Part shown: positions 1-34,892 of the stretch, one piece after another
Layout: every line of letters begins with the position of its first letter
How positions within the stretch are numbered: position 1 is the first letter of the stretch
Source of the DNA: Paragordius varius
Lineage: Eukaryota; Animalia; Nematomorpha
Length of the DNA: 64,000 nucleotides
Direction of reading: 5' to 3'
Assembly (NCBI GenBank): GCA_964247055.1
Contig: OZ176051.1
Location: 8,122,001-8,186,000 of the forward strand
Position numbers and translations under genes: made by a program
The notes under the pieces: model-generated
The model's database searches: none
What the model was told of the DNA's origin: nothing
Seen by the model: only the letters and a program-made list of their open reading frames with translations

Positions 1-265
1 TATATCGAATCAAATATATATAAATTATTTTTGAAAAATAGATTTTGCTTCATAAATACTTTCTCGCAATGAATATATAATGGGTTAATTAAAATATTCA
101 ATTATTCAATATGATATTTTAATATCCCAAAAACTGCATATCTAAAGCTCAAATTTTGACACTAATTATCATAAATATTTTAATGGTAAGGGAGGAGAAA
201 ACGAGACAATTTCTATATTGTCTATTCTAAATATAGAATTTTATACCGTATTGTCGTTCTCGTCG

Positions 266-267
<2 letters not shown>

Positions 268-296
<29 letters not shown>
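268..296. repeat. (TA)n microsatellite
   Basis: Perfect TA run. Confidence 0.95.
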
Positions 297-298
<2 letters not shown>

Positions 299-1055
299 AA
301 AAAATATGACAAAATAAATTTAAATCACCCTATTTATGAGTGTGATATGTAATATTTTTAGCGCGCTTGTTGTTGTTTTTTGAAACCCAAAAATTTTACA
401 CCAATATGTCAATTAAGGATAGATAGATAGATGCCCTGGGCTAAAACAGAAATTAATATATTAGTAATATATGGATTAATTATTTCAATCAGTATAGGCA
501 TGTACATGATAAGTGTGAAATTTTGTACAAAGTATTTATAAAACATTTTATAATTATTTAAAAATTAAACTATAAATTTTTGCAATATTTTAGGCAAAAA
601 AAATTAGATTGTAAAATAAATCAGCAGCATTTTCGATAGGATTTTCAGGCCTTAAATAATAAAAATTAGAAGTAAGAAGCGATTAATTTAAAACTGATGA
701 ATATTCTAAACTTTTGAGCGTAAGATTAAGTTTTGACCGGTAAAAATAACCGATCGAGTCTGACTGATTACAAAACAAATTATTCAAACAAATAATATTC
801 GGTAATTATAAATATTTATATAAGAGTGACTTTAAATTATAAAATTATTGCTTTAAACTGTACCTGAGCGTACAATGAAATAATTATAAATGCGCTAAAT
901 TTAATTTTGAACCCATTTTTCAATATATTATTATGACATGATTCACAACCGGTTAGACCCAAATTGTGTAAATAAAATTTTCTAATCAAATATATGAGTT
1001 CTAAACGACAATATTTGCGCTATTAGTTATCTGATATTTACAAAAACAAAAATCT

Positions 1056-1080
1056 TATATATATATATATATATATATAT
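1056..1080. repeat. (TA)n microsatellite
   Basis: Perfect TA run. Confidence 0.95.
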
Positions 1081-2103
1081 GAATTTAGCTGATGACACAA
1101 TAATATATTTTCAATATTGATATTTTGTTAAAATCCCTAATAAAATTTATGTTAATTAGTTGTACTCTAAATAAATAAATGCGTTTTAGCCACTTTGTTT
1201 CAACTATACAAAATATTTGTTGTATGACTAAAATATGATTACTATTCTTACATAGCCGACTCAAAAGAGCCATCAATTTTTTTATCTAAACAAATTTTAA
1301 AGTTTACTGTTGTAATTTAAGATATGATAATTATTTAAAAAGAAAACGGTTAGAAGCTTAAATTATTAATAAATTCATTAATTAGGTGAATGTCTAATTG
1401 ATGAATTGGAATAATTTTTATTAATAATCAACAACTTGAGCTTTTTCACAAAGTCCATAGATTGCCAACCATATAACCTTTATGGCAGACTAAAAGGCGG
1501 CGCAAAATATAAAACAGTGTATTATGGAAAAAAAATTACGTGACCAATTTAAGTAGTATGGCTAATTTTAACAGCACTTATAACAAGGTACATGACGACA
1601 TTTATAAATTAATAGTCTTACTACGGAAAAAAATTCCTAACCATATATTTAATTTGTGACAATTCAAATGACTAATGTAACTAACTCCTCATGATATGCC
1701 TGTTTATAGTAGATAACAGTCGCCACAATTCTTGAGGCGGGCATTTATATATATAAAAAAATGCTAATACAAAAATCGATATTCAAATTTAACTATAACT
1801 GAGAACTGTTAATATAACAGAGGAGAAGTATTCTTATCTTAGTTTTACAAGATAATTGGTTAAAATGAGTTCAAAAGTTCACAAGTTAAATTTTTACCAA
1901 TTAAGCTTCAAAATTGGTCGGTAACACACACAAAGTTTAAAACCGTAAAAAAGATAGGTCATCATCTGATTTGTACAAAAGATTAAAATATACTGAAAAC
2001 TAAAAACATACATTATTTCCAGTATAATGCCAAATATAATTTTTTCGTTAAAAATGTTATCATTAATCCAAACATAGTAAAAATGTAAATACTATAATCA
2101 TAC

Positions 2104-2977
2104 TTTTATTTAGCGTCCTTAAAACATTGATGAAATCTGTAATTGTCAACATGCCCACAAAACTTTGTGTCGTGCTGTCCCATAGGGGTGCGGCCCTTAC
2201 CCCGTTATAAACAAGGGCAAAAAACGCTTTTTTGACCGGGAGATTTGTGTCAAATATTATGAGTTTGCCGCTGGTGGGAATGAGATCATAACATGAATGC
2301 AGGCGCATAAAGTTTTGAATGATGGAATCGTCACGGGGGATCGCAAAAATTTCTTGAACCCCGGGGAGACCTGTTAAAAATTGTGGATCAGCAAAGGGAT
2401 CATCGGAGGCCCCTGTAGTTTGATGTCCACTCGAATATGGGGAATTTGGTTCCTCCAAACTGAATGGATCAAACGTTTTTAACAGTAACTCAGACGTGTC
2501 TAAATTAAACGGAGTTTCTGAGAAATGCGAAACACCCCCGGGGCTTTTGTAGGGTCTTTGTTCATTTTGAGGATGTTTTCGATCACTGGACGAATATATG
2601 GAATAATCGTCGGAAGTTGTTGAATGTTGATGTTTAAATCTGTCCTGTAATCGTGTTTTGATAGGCTGAGCAGCTCGTGAAAAATAGCTTTTGTGTTGAC
2701 TAGATGAGCCATGTATGGTTGCACTATTATTATAATACATGTGTTGACTATCAATGGAAACGGGTTTAACAGGAGTATTTTGCCGTTCAACGTGATGAAA
2801 GTGGGGAGATTTTTGTCTTTGAGCTGATGATGTTGTGGATAAATTCTGTTTTACAGGAGTATGACCGCTAGAGAGATGCGGTGATTGTTGTTGGGAAGAT
2901 GACACGGATTTGGCTGCTGGAGCTTTTTTCTTGTGTCCAATCTTCGGTGATAAATTTTTTGTAATGGAATAATCCAT
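2104..2977 (-). CDS. PRKAG: AMP-activated protein kinase gamma subunit (SNF4A-gamma/PRKAG-like), first visible coding exon; gene continues beyond the left edge
   Basis: ORF contains the CBS1 signature [65 protein letters not shown]. It is preceded by a ~215-aa S/Q/H/P-rich extension. A phase-1 donor (AAA A|gtatga) at 2103 ends the exon. No downstream exon was recognised in 1-2100. Confidence 0.93.
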
Positions 2978-3217
2978 TTTTCATATATTAAAAAAATATT
3001 AAATAGCGTAAACAATTGGATCTTTAAAATTTGGTAGTCAAGGTCATTAATGCACGCGACTGAAATTTTTATAAAACATAGGGATCGATGATGGCATAAA
3101 AACAATATGTTAATATATCTCCACATATTTTCAGGTGTTTTTATAATAAATTTAAATTATATAGTACACTACAGCATAAATAATATTTAATACTTAAATT
3201 TAAAATAATTAATTTAA

Positions 3218-4366
3218 CACTTCGATTCAAATTGGGATATCTAAATAACTCCACTACTAAATTTAAGTTAAGATTTTTAAAAAATCACTGAAGGAAACGG
3301 TCCCAATTTAAATATATGCTTCTATCCTAATAAAAATTATATAAATATGCTAAAAAATCTAAATAAAATTTAGTTTTGAAAAAAAAGTTTTATGTCAAAC
3401 TACTTCGACGCCATTTTTATTTTAAAAATTTTTTGCAAAATATCGTCTTCATTTAATTTTATGGGTAAAATAAAAGCTAATTTTTTATTTAAATTACATC
3501 TAACATTGATGGAAATAGAAAAAGCGGTTTATTTTGTATTTTTTAATTTAACCATTGTACACATGTAACGTTGACTAAATTTTTACCCTTCTGTTTTAGC
3601 TTAACACTTTGATTCGAATTGGGGTAACTAAATACCCCATACTAAATTTAAATTAAAATTTTTAAAAAACTACTAAAGGAAACGGTCCCCATTTAAATTT
3701 TTGCTTCTATCCTGATAAATATTATATAAATATGCCAAATTGTCTTGATAAAATTTTGTTTTGAGAAAAAAGTTCCATCTCAAACTACTTCGACGCCATT
3801 TTTATTTTACAAAAATTTTGCGAAATTGTCTTCATTTAATTTTAAGGGTAAAACTAAAGCTTATTTCTTATATAAATTACATCTAACATTGATATAAATA
3901 GAAAAAGCGGTTTATTTTGTATTATTTTTTAATTTTACAATTTGACACATGTCATGTTGACTAAATTTTTACCTTTCAGTTTTAGCTCAAAATAAGTAAT
4001 ATCAAGTATTTTTGAATAAAATTTTTCATGTATTTCGGTTTATTAATGTTATAGCAAAATTTTGCCATGGTTTCGATTGTTTTCATACTTTTTAAAGTAA
4101 TTGATTTTAAACAGGCCTGGGGTATCCAACTACCCCAATTTGAATCGAAGGACTAAAAAAATGTGTTGTATCCAAGTGTTAAAATAAGTAATATCAAGCA
4201 TTTTTGAATAAATTTTATATATTTCGGTTTATTAATGTTATATAAGTGCAAAATTTTGCCATGATTTCGATCCCTTCCATATTTTTAAAAGAATTTAATT
4301 TTAAACAGGCCTGGGGTATTTAACTGCCCCAAGAAAGGAATAAAATGAATGTGTTGTATCCAAGTG
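3218..4366 (+). mobile_element. TTAA MITE family 1 (piggyBac-like), outer copy interrupted by a second copy
   Basis: Starts TTAA|CACTTCGATTCAAATTGG and ends GTGTTGTATCCAAGTG at 4366 (right TSD decayed). Segments 3218-3600 and 4183-4366 are collinear with the intact copies. Confidence 0.85.
3605..4178 (+). mobile_element. TTAA MITE family 1, inner (nested) copy, 574 bp
   Basis: Flanked by TTAA at 3601-3604 and 4179-4182; ends CACTT...AAGTG; inserted at a TTAA inside the outer copy. Confidence 0.9.
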
Positions 4367-4559
4367 CTATAATCAAAAACGATTGATTTAACCTGGTGTA
4401 GTTTATATATCTAATATTCTAAGTTATTTTCATATCGACTCAGGTGGAAAAATTCCCATATAATTTTGGAAGGTAGAAATTAAAATTTACACAGTCTGAA
4501 TAAAGTTAGTATTATCCTGACGAAGAATATATCTGAAATCTCGTGGGTTGGTATGTTAA

Positions 4560-5010
4560 CACTTCATTACTCATTACCCTTTTTCTTTTTGGGGTAGTTT
4601 TATATCCCACACCTATTTGGACATTGTTATCTTGAATTAAATAAAAAAAGCTTATTTTACATTTTTGTGCCTTTTCTATTATAAAGACAGTTCAAAAACA
4701 CGATTGAAACAAACAGCTGATATTATAATCAAATATCAAGTTTTTGCTGGTAAATTTAGGAAGTTGTCTACATTTTCTACCCTAATATACATTCATTTGT
4801 CTGTTGCATTGGCGATTTAAAAAAAATAGAAGAAATGACGATAAAAAAGTTTGATCAAGATTTTTTTGAAATTTTACATTTTTTTAACACATTTATTGTA
4901 TAATGCGCTTAAAAGAGGAAAGCATTTTTAAATTCGGCTTAATACCTTAAATTATTTAAGATATTCATATTTCAAATGGCTCTTGTTAAAACTACAAAGA
5001 GGTAATGGTG
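4560..5010 (+). mobile_element. TTAA MITE family 2 copy
   Basis: TTAA|CACTTCATTAC...GGGGTAGTTTTATATCCCA at the left, ...TAAAACTAC...GGTAATGGTG at the right; body (CGATTGAAACAAACAGCTGA...TGTTGCATT...TTGTATAATGCGC) shared with other copies. Confidence 0.75.
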
Positions 5011-5194
5011 TTTTAAAAACAAAGGCAAAAACTTTGATCGACATTTCATGGGGTAACTATATTCCAAGTATATTAAAAATTTCATATATTAGAAAAATAT
5101 TGGAGTTGGGCCAAATTTAAAAATAATTATTGTAAAATTGTAAAAAAATCCTCATTTCAAACTTCTTGGCCATTTTTTTTCTTATTTTTCTCGG

Positions 5195-5615
5195 CACTTC
5201 ATTACCTTTTTTTGTCGTAGTTGGCATATTGGTGTAGTTTTATATCCCAGAGCTCAATCTTAATATAATTATTGTTTTGAAATTTACAAACATTGTTCTC
5301 ACGTATCAGATAAAATTAAAAATTGGACCCACGATTGAAACCAACAGCTAATATAAAAATCAAAATGTATCACATTTTGCTGGTAAAATGTGGCCTTAAA
5401 GCTTTTAAGGTTAATTATTAACATTATCCAACCATTTATACATTTATTTTCCTGTTGCATTAGTGATTTATAAAGGAAAACATGGCGGCGAAAAAGTTTT
5501 AGATAACAATTTATAAACAATACTACATTTTATGTAAAATTCTCCTAAAAGGTTAAAGAAACCATATTTTTAAATTTAGCCATTTTCGATTTTCAAATGG
5601 TTCTGGGATATAATA
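5195..5615 (+). mobile_element. TTAA MITE family 2 copy, right end eroded
   Basis: CACTTCATTACC...GTAGTTTTATATCCCA start and shared body; ends near CTGGGATATAA. Confidence 0.65.
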
Positions 5616-6488
5616 TTTTTCTGAAAAACACATTTTATCCGAGTTCTACCTTAATCATTATGATCCAAAATGATTCAAGGCACCAGAAAACATATCAAAA
5701 GCTAAATTTAATTTTCAATAAGTCAATTTTTTAGAGATGACCTTTTATATGTTATAATTGAGAAATTAATCCCGCAATCTTGAAATTTTTAAGGTTATAC
5801 GAAAACTAGACCATATTTGATAGCCTTATAAAAATTAAAATTTTATCAAAAAAAATTTTAACTTTTTAAGCATAGCTTTTGTATTTTAATAATATTTTTG
5901 TGAAGCATTTGGCATTCACGACCTAATTAAAATCAGTATATATATATATAATCAGTTTTTGGAGGAACATTGTCAAATAAAACGTGCAAAAATTACTGAA
6001 CTTACGATAAATATAATATATTTTATATTTCACGCGCAAAATAACTGATTGATTACTTGATTTTCGTAAAATCCCTTTGCCAAACATAAAAGTTGTCCGA
6101 TTATTAATTCTAAAATATAATAATGATGTTGGATATCAAATTATATTCTGTAATATCTTACTCCTCGTCGTTAAAGTCGCTTTCAAATATTACTACACAC
6201 TGAATTTTTTCTTTGTGATCAGCGCCCGAAATCAGGTATGGAGCCATTTATGAATTGATCAATAATGAATATATCTTATTGTAAATGAAATGACCAACTG
6301 ACAAACATTGCGATTAAATAATAAAAGAATTTAGACATAGATTAAATAAAAAATATTCCAAATTACTAGCAGTCATAGATTCTTAATATTAAATATTTCC
6401 CCCATCCTGTGTGACTTATTGAAAAGATTATAATTTCATAGTGGCCAATGTTTACACTTAATTGAACGGGAATTTTCAATATCGGCTT

Positions 6489-7560
6489 CTGGATGTAGTC
6501 ATGGTCTAGTTTAATAAAGACGTTAGCGAATGGGCAGGTTATTAATTTGGCACAGATGTCATTTTGTACAACCAAGTTGAGTCCGCCAAACTCTACATTT
6601 TATCAAGTAATTATGTCAAATTATATGCTTCGAAAGAATGGTATAGCTTTTCTTATTTCATCCGAAATGCTAGTGAAAGTCATCATTGGTTGGTAGAAAC
6701 ATATTAACATGGAACGATCAAAACCATGTAATATATGGTTTCAAATTTAGAGTTGTATTTTTGATGTGACAAAGAATGGGCGCTCTGGTAAAACAAAAAC
6801 TGCGAATACGATTAACTGCATGATGATTGCCCGAAATCAACGACAATTGTCAGATTACTAAATTAAAAAATCAATAAAGGTGTGTGAGCAATGGGAGAGA
6901 CTAATAACCTCTGTAAATGGATCCCACACAATTTGAATAACCAAAACAAAATATCTTGTGGGACTCTATTTCAATGTCACGAAAAAAAAACATTTTTGCA
7001 TCGAATCGTGATAGAAGCGGCTTTATTTTTTAAAATAAAAGCGGAAACCGTGGTTTTCACCTTGACAAGCGGTACATCAACACCAAATTAGTTGCTTTGC
7101 AAGAAAATCAATCTCTACGTCTGGTTGAACTATATATTGTGTATTATGAACCTTTGAAACCCCTTGAAGTCGTTAATACACAATCGCCAAAACATTCAAT
7201 TAAAACCTTGTATTTATCAAAAAATGACGGGAATGAGCTGAAAAACAAAGTGATTTTGCATTATGACAATACTTTGTCTCCCATAAACAAACGAGTGAAA
7301 GATAATTCTGAATCATTTCGATAAATATTTCTGCATCAGGCGCATTCTCATGACCTGAACTGATAGATTATTACCTCTTCATATGGATGGGGCCCATGTT
7401 CTCAAAGCATCCTTTCTATATCTTCGAAGACGTTGAAAAATGGCTTGACGAATGGTTTGCCGAAAGGATAATTAAGTTTTCTGGAATGTTTAAAAGCCAT
7501 TGAACAATATTTCGAATAAAATAATTGGTCAATTTTTCCGAAGACTATGATTGCACCTGG
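6489..7560 (+). mobile_element. Mos1-like mariner transposon relic (transposase pseudogene about 6613-7519)
   Basis: Frameshifted fragments: MSNY...ESHHWLVETY, KWIPHNL, FLHRIV, VYYEPLKP, KVILHYDN, FEDVEKWLDEWFA, YFE*. Right end ...GATTGCACCTGG|TA; degenerate left TIR at 6489 (13/19 match). Confidence 0.8.
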
Positions 7561-8847
7561 TATATATGATCAGTGTGGCATCGAATTATATTAAAAAAAT
7601 GTTTTGATAATATTCAGATGATATACAACCTCCGATATGATGCAATAGATCATGTTTATGTTGTTAATTTCAAGTCTAATATCCACTCAGACATTTTTAA
7701 GAAAAATTTGCAACTTAATATATACACATATATATAATTCTTATCGATTTTGAGGAAAACCTATTTCGATCCTAAAAGTTAAATTTTTTTCTGGCTCCTT
7801 CGAATATCTTCAGTATAAATATGCTTTACCCCAAAAGATCACGGTTAATGTAGCATGAAAATATGGCAATGATTTTAACATTTACCCATTTGACCCAATG
7901 TCGAATATAAATATATGGCGAATAGCGCTCAGTTTTTGGGTTCTCAAATCTTTAATATAAGTCCTGCTGGGCCAAAACGATGTTTGATATTTTTAAGCAT
8001 ATTCTTCATATATTTAATCAATGACTTTTTTGACATAAAATCAAGACTGTTAAATTCAACAATTATTACGAGGTTTTATTTTTCAATATATTTTTGTCAA
8101 AAAGACGATATAAATCCCCACTTAATGTATGCCATGTTTAAATTTATTTAATTTATTGAATATAGCATATAATTGGTTTTTGGTTGAAATATTTTCAAAT
8201 ATGAGAATTTATACACAGTGTGTACATATATCTAATTATGAAATATATATATATATATATGTATATACGGATTACATATATCATTGGTTACAAAAAATAT
8301 TAATATTGGGAGATAATACCCTTTTCTTACTTTACCGATGGTGGCGGATGACATAAAAATTAGATAATAATAAATTATTATAAAACGAATTTAGTAAAAA
8401 CAATTTAAAATGAGATTCTACTCAATAAAATTCATAAAATTTGATTTTGATCAAACGAAAGGCACAAAAATAATAAACGTAGTAGTAATGTATAATTATT
8501 TAGCAGAAGAATAAAAATAATGATCCCACATAAAAACAAAAATCATGAGTTAAAAACTATGAGATTTTACCTATATTTATATGTATCATTTACCAATCTA
8601 AATTGCACTAATTATAAAATAAACTGGGGTATACAACCAAAAAATTGTACAGGGTTTTTATTGTAGCCTCTTGCTGCGTGCAAGTATTATTTTTGGGTGA
8701 AAATACATCAATTTTTTTTAACGTGGGCATAATCTGGCATACGAACTTTAGAAATTATATGATTCATACATATATGTGTCACCATTAACCGTAATAATCG
8801 ACAAAATCGGTACATGTAATTTGTAAATTTTGCAAAATAGAGATATT

Positions 8848-30822
<21,975 letters not shown>

Positions 30823-32139
30823 CAAAGAGAATAAACATTTTGGATTCTACCAACAATTCCATGGATAATAAATGTATAATGGTACCGTAAATCGATCTTT
30901 TCAAAATATTATAATTGAATCATACATTTTGAATATTAATTTCCATAAATTAGTCTCAAAGTATGGTAATGTCGCCATAAAAATATGTACATGTGTGAAA
31001 TCGTATAGCACCGTTTAATGTAAATATAAAGTCAGGTAAATATCATTTATAACATGACTTGATCAGATTAAAGTTAATCAAAAGAAGGGGTTTACTAATA
31101 TTAATTATTACTATAATGTCGAAGTCTATCTAACTTCTCCAGTATATAAAACAAATAAAAACGATACACTTGATGATGAATAAAAAACACAAAAAACTAT
31201 AAATTACTGAATGAAAATGAAGTATGGTTAAAAATAAATGTGTATATAGGAAAGAGTATTGATGGTATTATAAAAATGATTAAGATAAATGATGATATAG
31301 GGAGACGTAAAAATTAAATGACATCAAACGAAAGACACGTACTTAATTAAAAAATTTTGTTGGAAAAACCGATTTTTCTTATTGAGTTGCATGGCGCACC
31401 GCACACTTTCGCATAATAGATGAAATATAATTTAATTAGCGATAATAAATACAAAAACTAAAATTAATTTGCTTCTAACAAAATAAATAATTTTCTGACA
31501 ACAATTTTTTTGCAGAGAGAAGGAGAGACTAGAGAGTAAGAGTATAATGGATTTCAAAAATTTTGTAAAACGCTTTGAAAATAAAAAATTATTATTATTT
31601 ATTGTACAATTTTTTTATATCTACAGTCCAAAAAAACAAAACATTATATGGATATTTTTGTGATAGGAAAGTGTGTGTTTGAAAGAAAAACAGTATGTGT
31701 GTATTGTATAATCATATCTACGCAATGTACATATCTCATAAAATAAACAGCCTAGTTGTAAAAAAATGCAAAAAAAAGGAAAAAGGCGAAAATTTATGTC
31801 TATAAAATTATGTGTTTGAAAAAAATATAAAATAAATAATAAAAAAAGTGAAAATGTGTTAAGCGTTTCATAGTCCAGTCCAGAGTAATAAAGGCGATCA
31901 TGGAGCTCTAAAAACGTGCAAATGATGTAAGTTTTAAACGAAAGACCCTCTTAATTTTGGCTGCAATTTTCTTCATTCTTACTTTGGTCTGAATAAAATA
32001 AATATTTTTGATATCGTATGCTATAATGAGGGTGAGACATGCTACAACTATTGGTTATATGGATGTTTTGATTGGTTATATATGAACAAATACAAATATC
32101 TAGTAAATGGCACAAATCGAAAAAACTCAAAAGTATTAA

Positions 32140-32328
32140 ATGGTTTCCTTTATTTTATCAAAATTTTTTTTAAATGGGTATAAATATTTGGTAAAATATG
32201 GAAAAAACAAGAGCTTAAATTTTATTTTTTGATGAATGTGCTATTGTTAATATCATAAAGCTCTCGTTTTTTCCATTCTTAAATATTTATACCCATTTAA
32301 AAAAAATAAAATAAAGGATACATGACTG
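32140..32328. mobile_element. Eroded copy of the CAGTCATGTATC palindromic MITE
   Basis: TTTATTTTATCAAAA...AAATGGGTATAAATATTTGG...ATACCCATTTAA...GGATACATGACTG, collinear with 43346-43561. Confidence 0.65.
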
Positions 32329-33132
32329 TGATGCAATCAAAATTTTCTTCAACTAATTGAACATTATAAAATTATGGTATCATATTTAAATTGTGGAAAA
32401 TTGATACAGTATGAGTAAGTAATTGCTAGAAAGTTATTAATTATTGCCAATAGGATATGTATACAACAAAGGGCAGTATTATTGGCTTATAGTTATTTTT
32501 TCCACTTTTTACTATTAACCAATAATCTTTGCTGGATATGCTATTTGGCAATAATTAATAACTCTCTAGCAATATATACTTACCCATACTGTAATATTAA
32601 ATCTAAATTAAAGGTTAATATCATCTAATTTTGTTTAGCTACATTAGATTGTGGCAATGATAAATGACCATTATTAATGAGTTCATAAGAGATCAAACCA
32701 CCGTTATTTTTGACCGGTCAATTAACATAAACGTACCTCTTTATCTCGATATACAATTTGCAATCAACCAAAAAAATAAGGAATGCAGTATAGGTAATCA
32801 TCGCTAATTTTTCATATTAGAGTATGAGTAAGTATACATTGCTTGGTTAATTATTGCCAGAAGCAAAGTGATAAAAAATTTGCCTATATTTTTTCGTTTT
32901 TTACTAATATTTTAATTATGATCTTTGCTGCATAAAAGTAGGAATGTATTTTTACTCATCTGTAAAATGGCTGTTTAATGTATAAGTTTTATGGGGTGAT
33001 AAAAAAATTTTTTCAATCCAACATAATTACCACCTTTTTTCGTATATTTTATTGACTACTGAGAAGGAATTTTATTCAGAAAAGAATCAGCTGTTAATTT
33101 TATCTTTATGTCATTCACTTTATAGTGTTTAA

Positions 33133-33704
33133 CACTTGGATACAACACATTCATTTTAGTCCTTCGATTCAAATTGGGGTAGTTAAATACCCCAGGCCTG
33201 TTTAAAATAAAATTCTCTAAAAATATGGAAGGAATCGAAACCATGGCAAAATTTTGCACTTATATAACATCAATAAACCGAAATATATAAATAATTTTAT
33301 TCAAAAATACTTGATATTACTTATTTTAAGCTAAAACCGAAAGGTAAAAATTTAGTCAACTTGACATATGTGCAATGGTAAAATTAAGAAATAATACAAA
33401 ATAAACTACTTTTTCTATTTCTATCAAAAGATGTAATTTGAATAAAAAATTAGCTTTAAGTTTACCCTTAAAATTAATTGTAAACGATATTTTTCAAAAA
33501 TTTTGTAAAAAATGGCGTCGAAGTAGTTTGACATGGAACTTTTTTTTTCAAAACAAAATTTTAATTAAATATTTTGGCATATTTATATAATTTTAATTAG
33601 GATAGAAGCATAAATTTAAATTAAGACCGTTTCCTTCAGTAGTTTTTTAAAAATCCAAAAAATTTAGTCTGGGGTATTTAGATACCCCAATTTGAATCGA
33701 AGTG
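33133..33704 (-). mobile_element. TTAA MITE family 1, intact copy, 572 bp
   Basis: TTAA at 33129-33132 and 33705-33708; reverse complement is collinear with 3605-4178. Confidence 0.9.
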
Positions 33705-34190
33705 TTAATTAAATATAACAAGCATTATTTTTTCAATTGTACTCCGAAATAATTCTGTCTTTTTATTTCTATAATATAGTTAGTTATCTTAAACATATAA
33801 CGTTCATATTGTTGGTAAAAGGTTTGTACGTTTTCATTATACTGTTAATTATATACTGTAATGGAAAGTTTGTTCGCTTTATGGAAGTTTTATTGGTGGA
33901 CAGCTTATTAAATTAAAATTTTTATTAATTCATTCAATTTTCTATCGCATAGGCCCAATTAAAATACCCATAAATCCAGTGTATTTATAGAATTTATAAT
34001 TTTAGATAATTATGTTGTTATTAATAGCTTCTTATACCCACATATTCCCACTTTGCGCAATTATTTTTTGGACGATTAAGTTAGCACAGGGGCTTTTCAA
34101 AACTCAAAACATATATATATATGTAGTACACATACGGTGGTATGATGTAAGTTAAAGAAAGGAAATAATTTGGATTATGTGTAATTAGTA

Positions 34191-34194
<4 letters not shown>

Positions 34195-34222
<28 letters not shown>
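34195..34222. repeat. (TA)n microsatellite
   Basis: Perfect TA run. Confidence 0.95.
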
Positions 34223-34226
<4 letters not shown>

Positions 34227-34635
34227 AATGTAAAATTGTTGCCTCTGTACCAACCTCATGAAAAGATAATGTTTTTATAAATTTTATATATATTTATTGA
34301 CCAAATCGAGCATTTGACGAAAATTATAAAATTTCAACACAAACATTTAACTTAATTTACTTTTACCAAAATACACGGAACTAAGCATAAATTAGTTGGC
34401 AATACCGGCAATTAATACCATCTATTTAATGTTGAAAATTTAAACCGAACTTTTTTGTGAAATGATGTTTTTCTATTCTGTACCATTAAAAATTTACAGA
34501 GCCGTTTCTAATATTTATGGACCTATCTGCGAATATTAAAACATAAATTTATAATGAGTTTATTTTAGCGGCTTACACTAACAAAACATTAGCTCAAAGT
34601 ATTTTTGGGTAATAATCTTTGGTGCCGGATTGTGA

Positions 34636-34892
34636 CAGGGGCGTCTAACACAAATGACTTCGCGGGCCACATTCGATAATATACGGGCTTTAAAAAATAT
34701 CCTATTAGATTATAAACATAAGAGTGTAAAATACAAACACAATATAACATGTTCTTGTTCCTTGCAAATTGCATGGACTTATTCGATATTTTGTCCAATA
34801 AATAATAATTTTGCTAAGATTTTGAGCATATTTTGCAAATTATGGATTAACCACCGCACATGATATATAGGAGAACCGTGTGTTGACTCCTG
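34636..34892. mobile_element. Buster-type hAT MITE
   Basis: CAGGGGCGTCTAACACAAATGACTTCGCGGGCCAC ... GTGTTGACTCCTG; no clean TSD. Confidence 0.55.

Noticed and set aside
1-2100. Next AMPK-gamma exon (expected ELEEHKI..WR-like sequence)
   Set aside because: Candidate acceptors (for example near 1966) lead to stops or unrelated sequence; the exon is probably outside the window.
2500-2790. Overlapping minus-strand ORFs (also 2851-3126, 9051-9320, 15372-15611) and antisense ORFs (12892-13155, 30151-30360, 46773-47000)
   Set aside because: Alternative-frame or antisense shadows of real exons, with no recognisable motifs.
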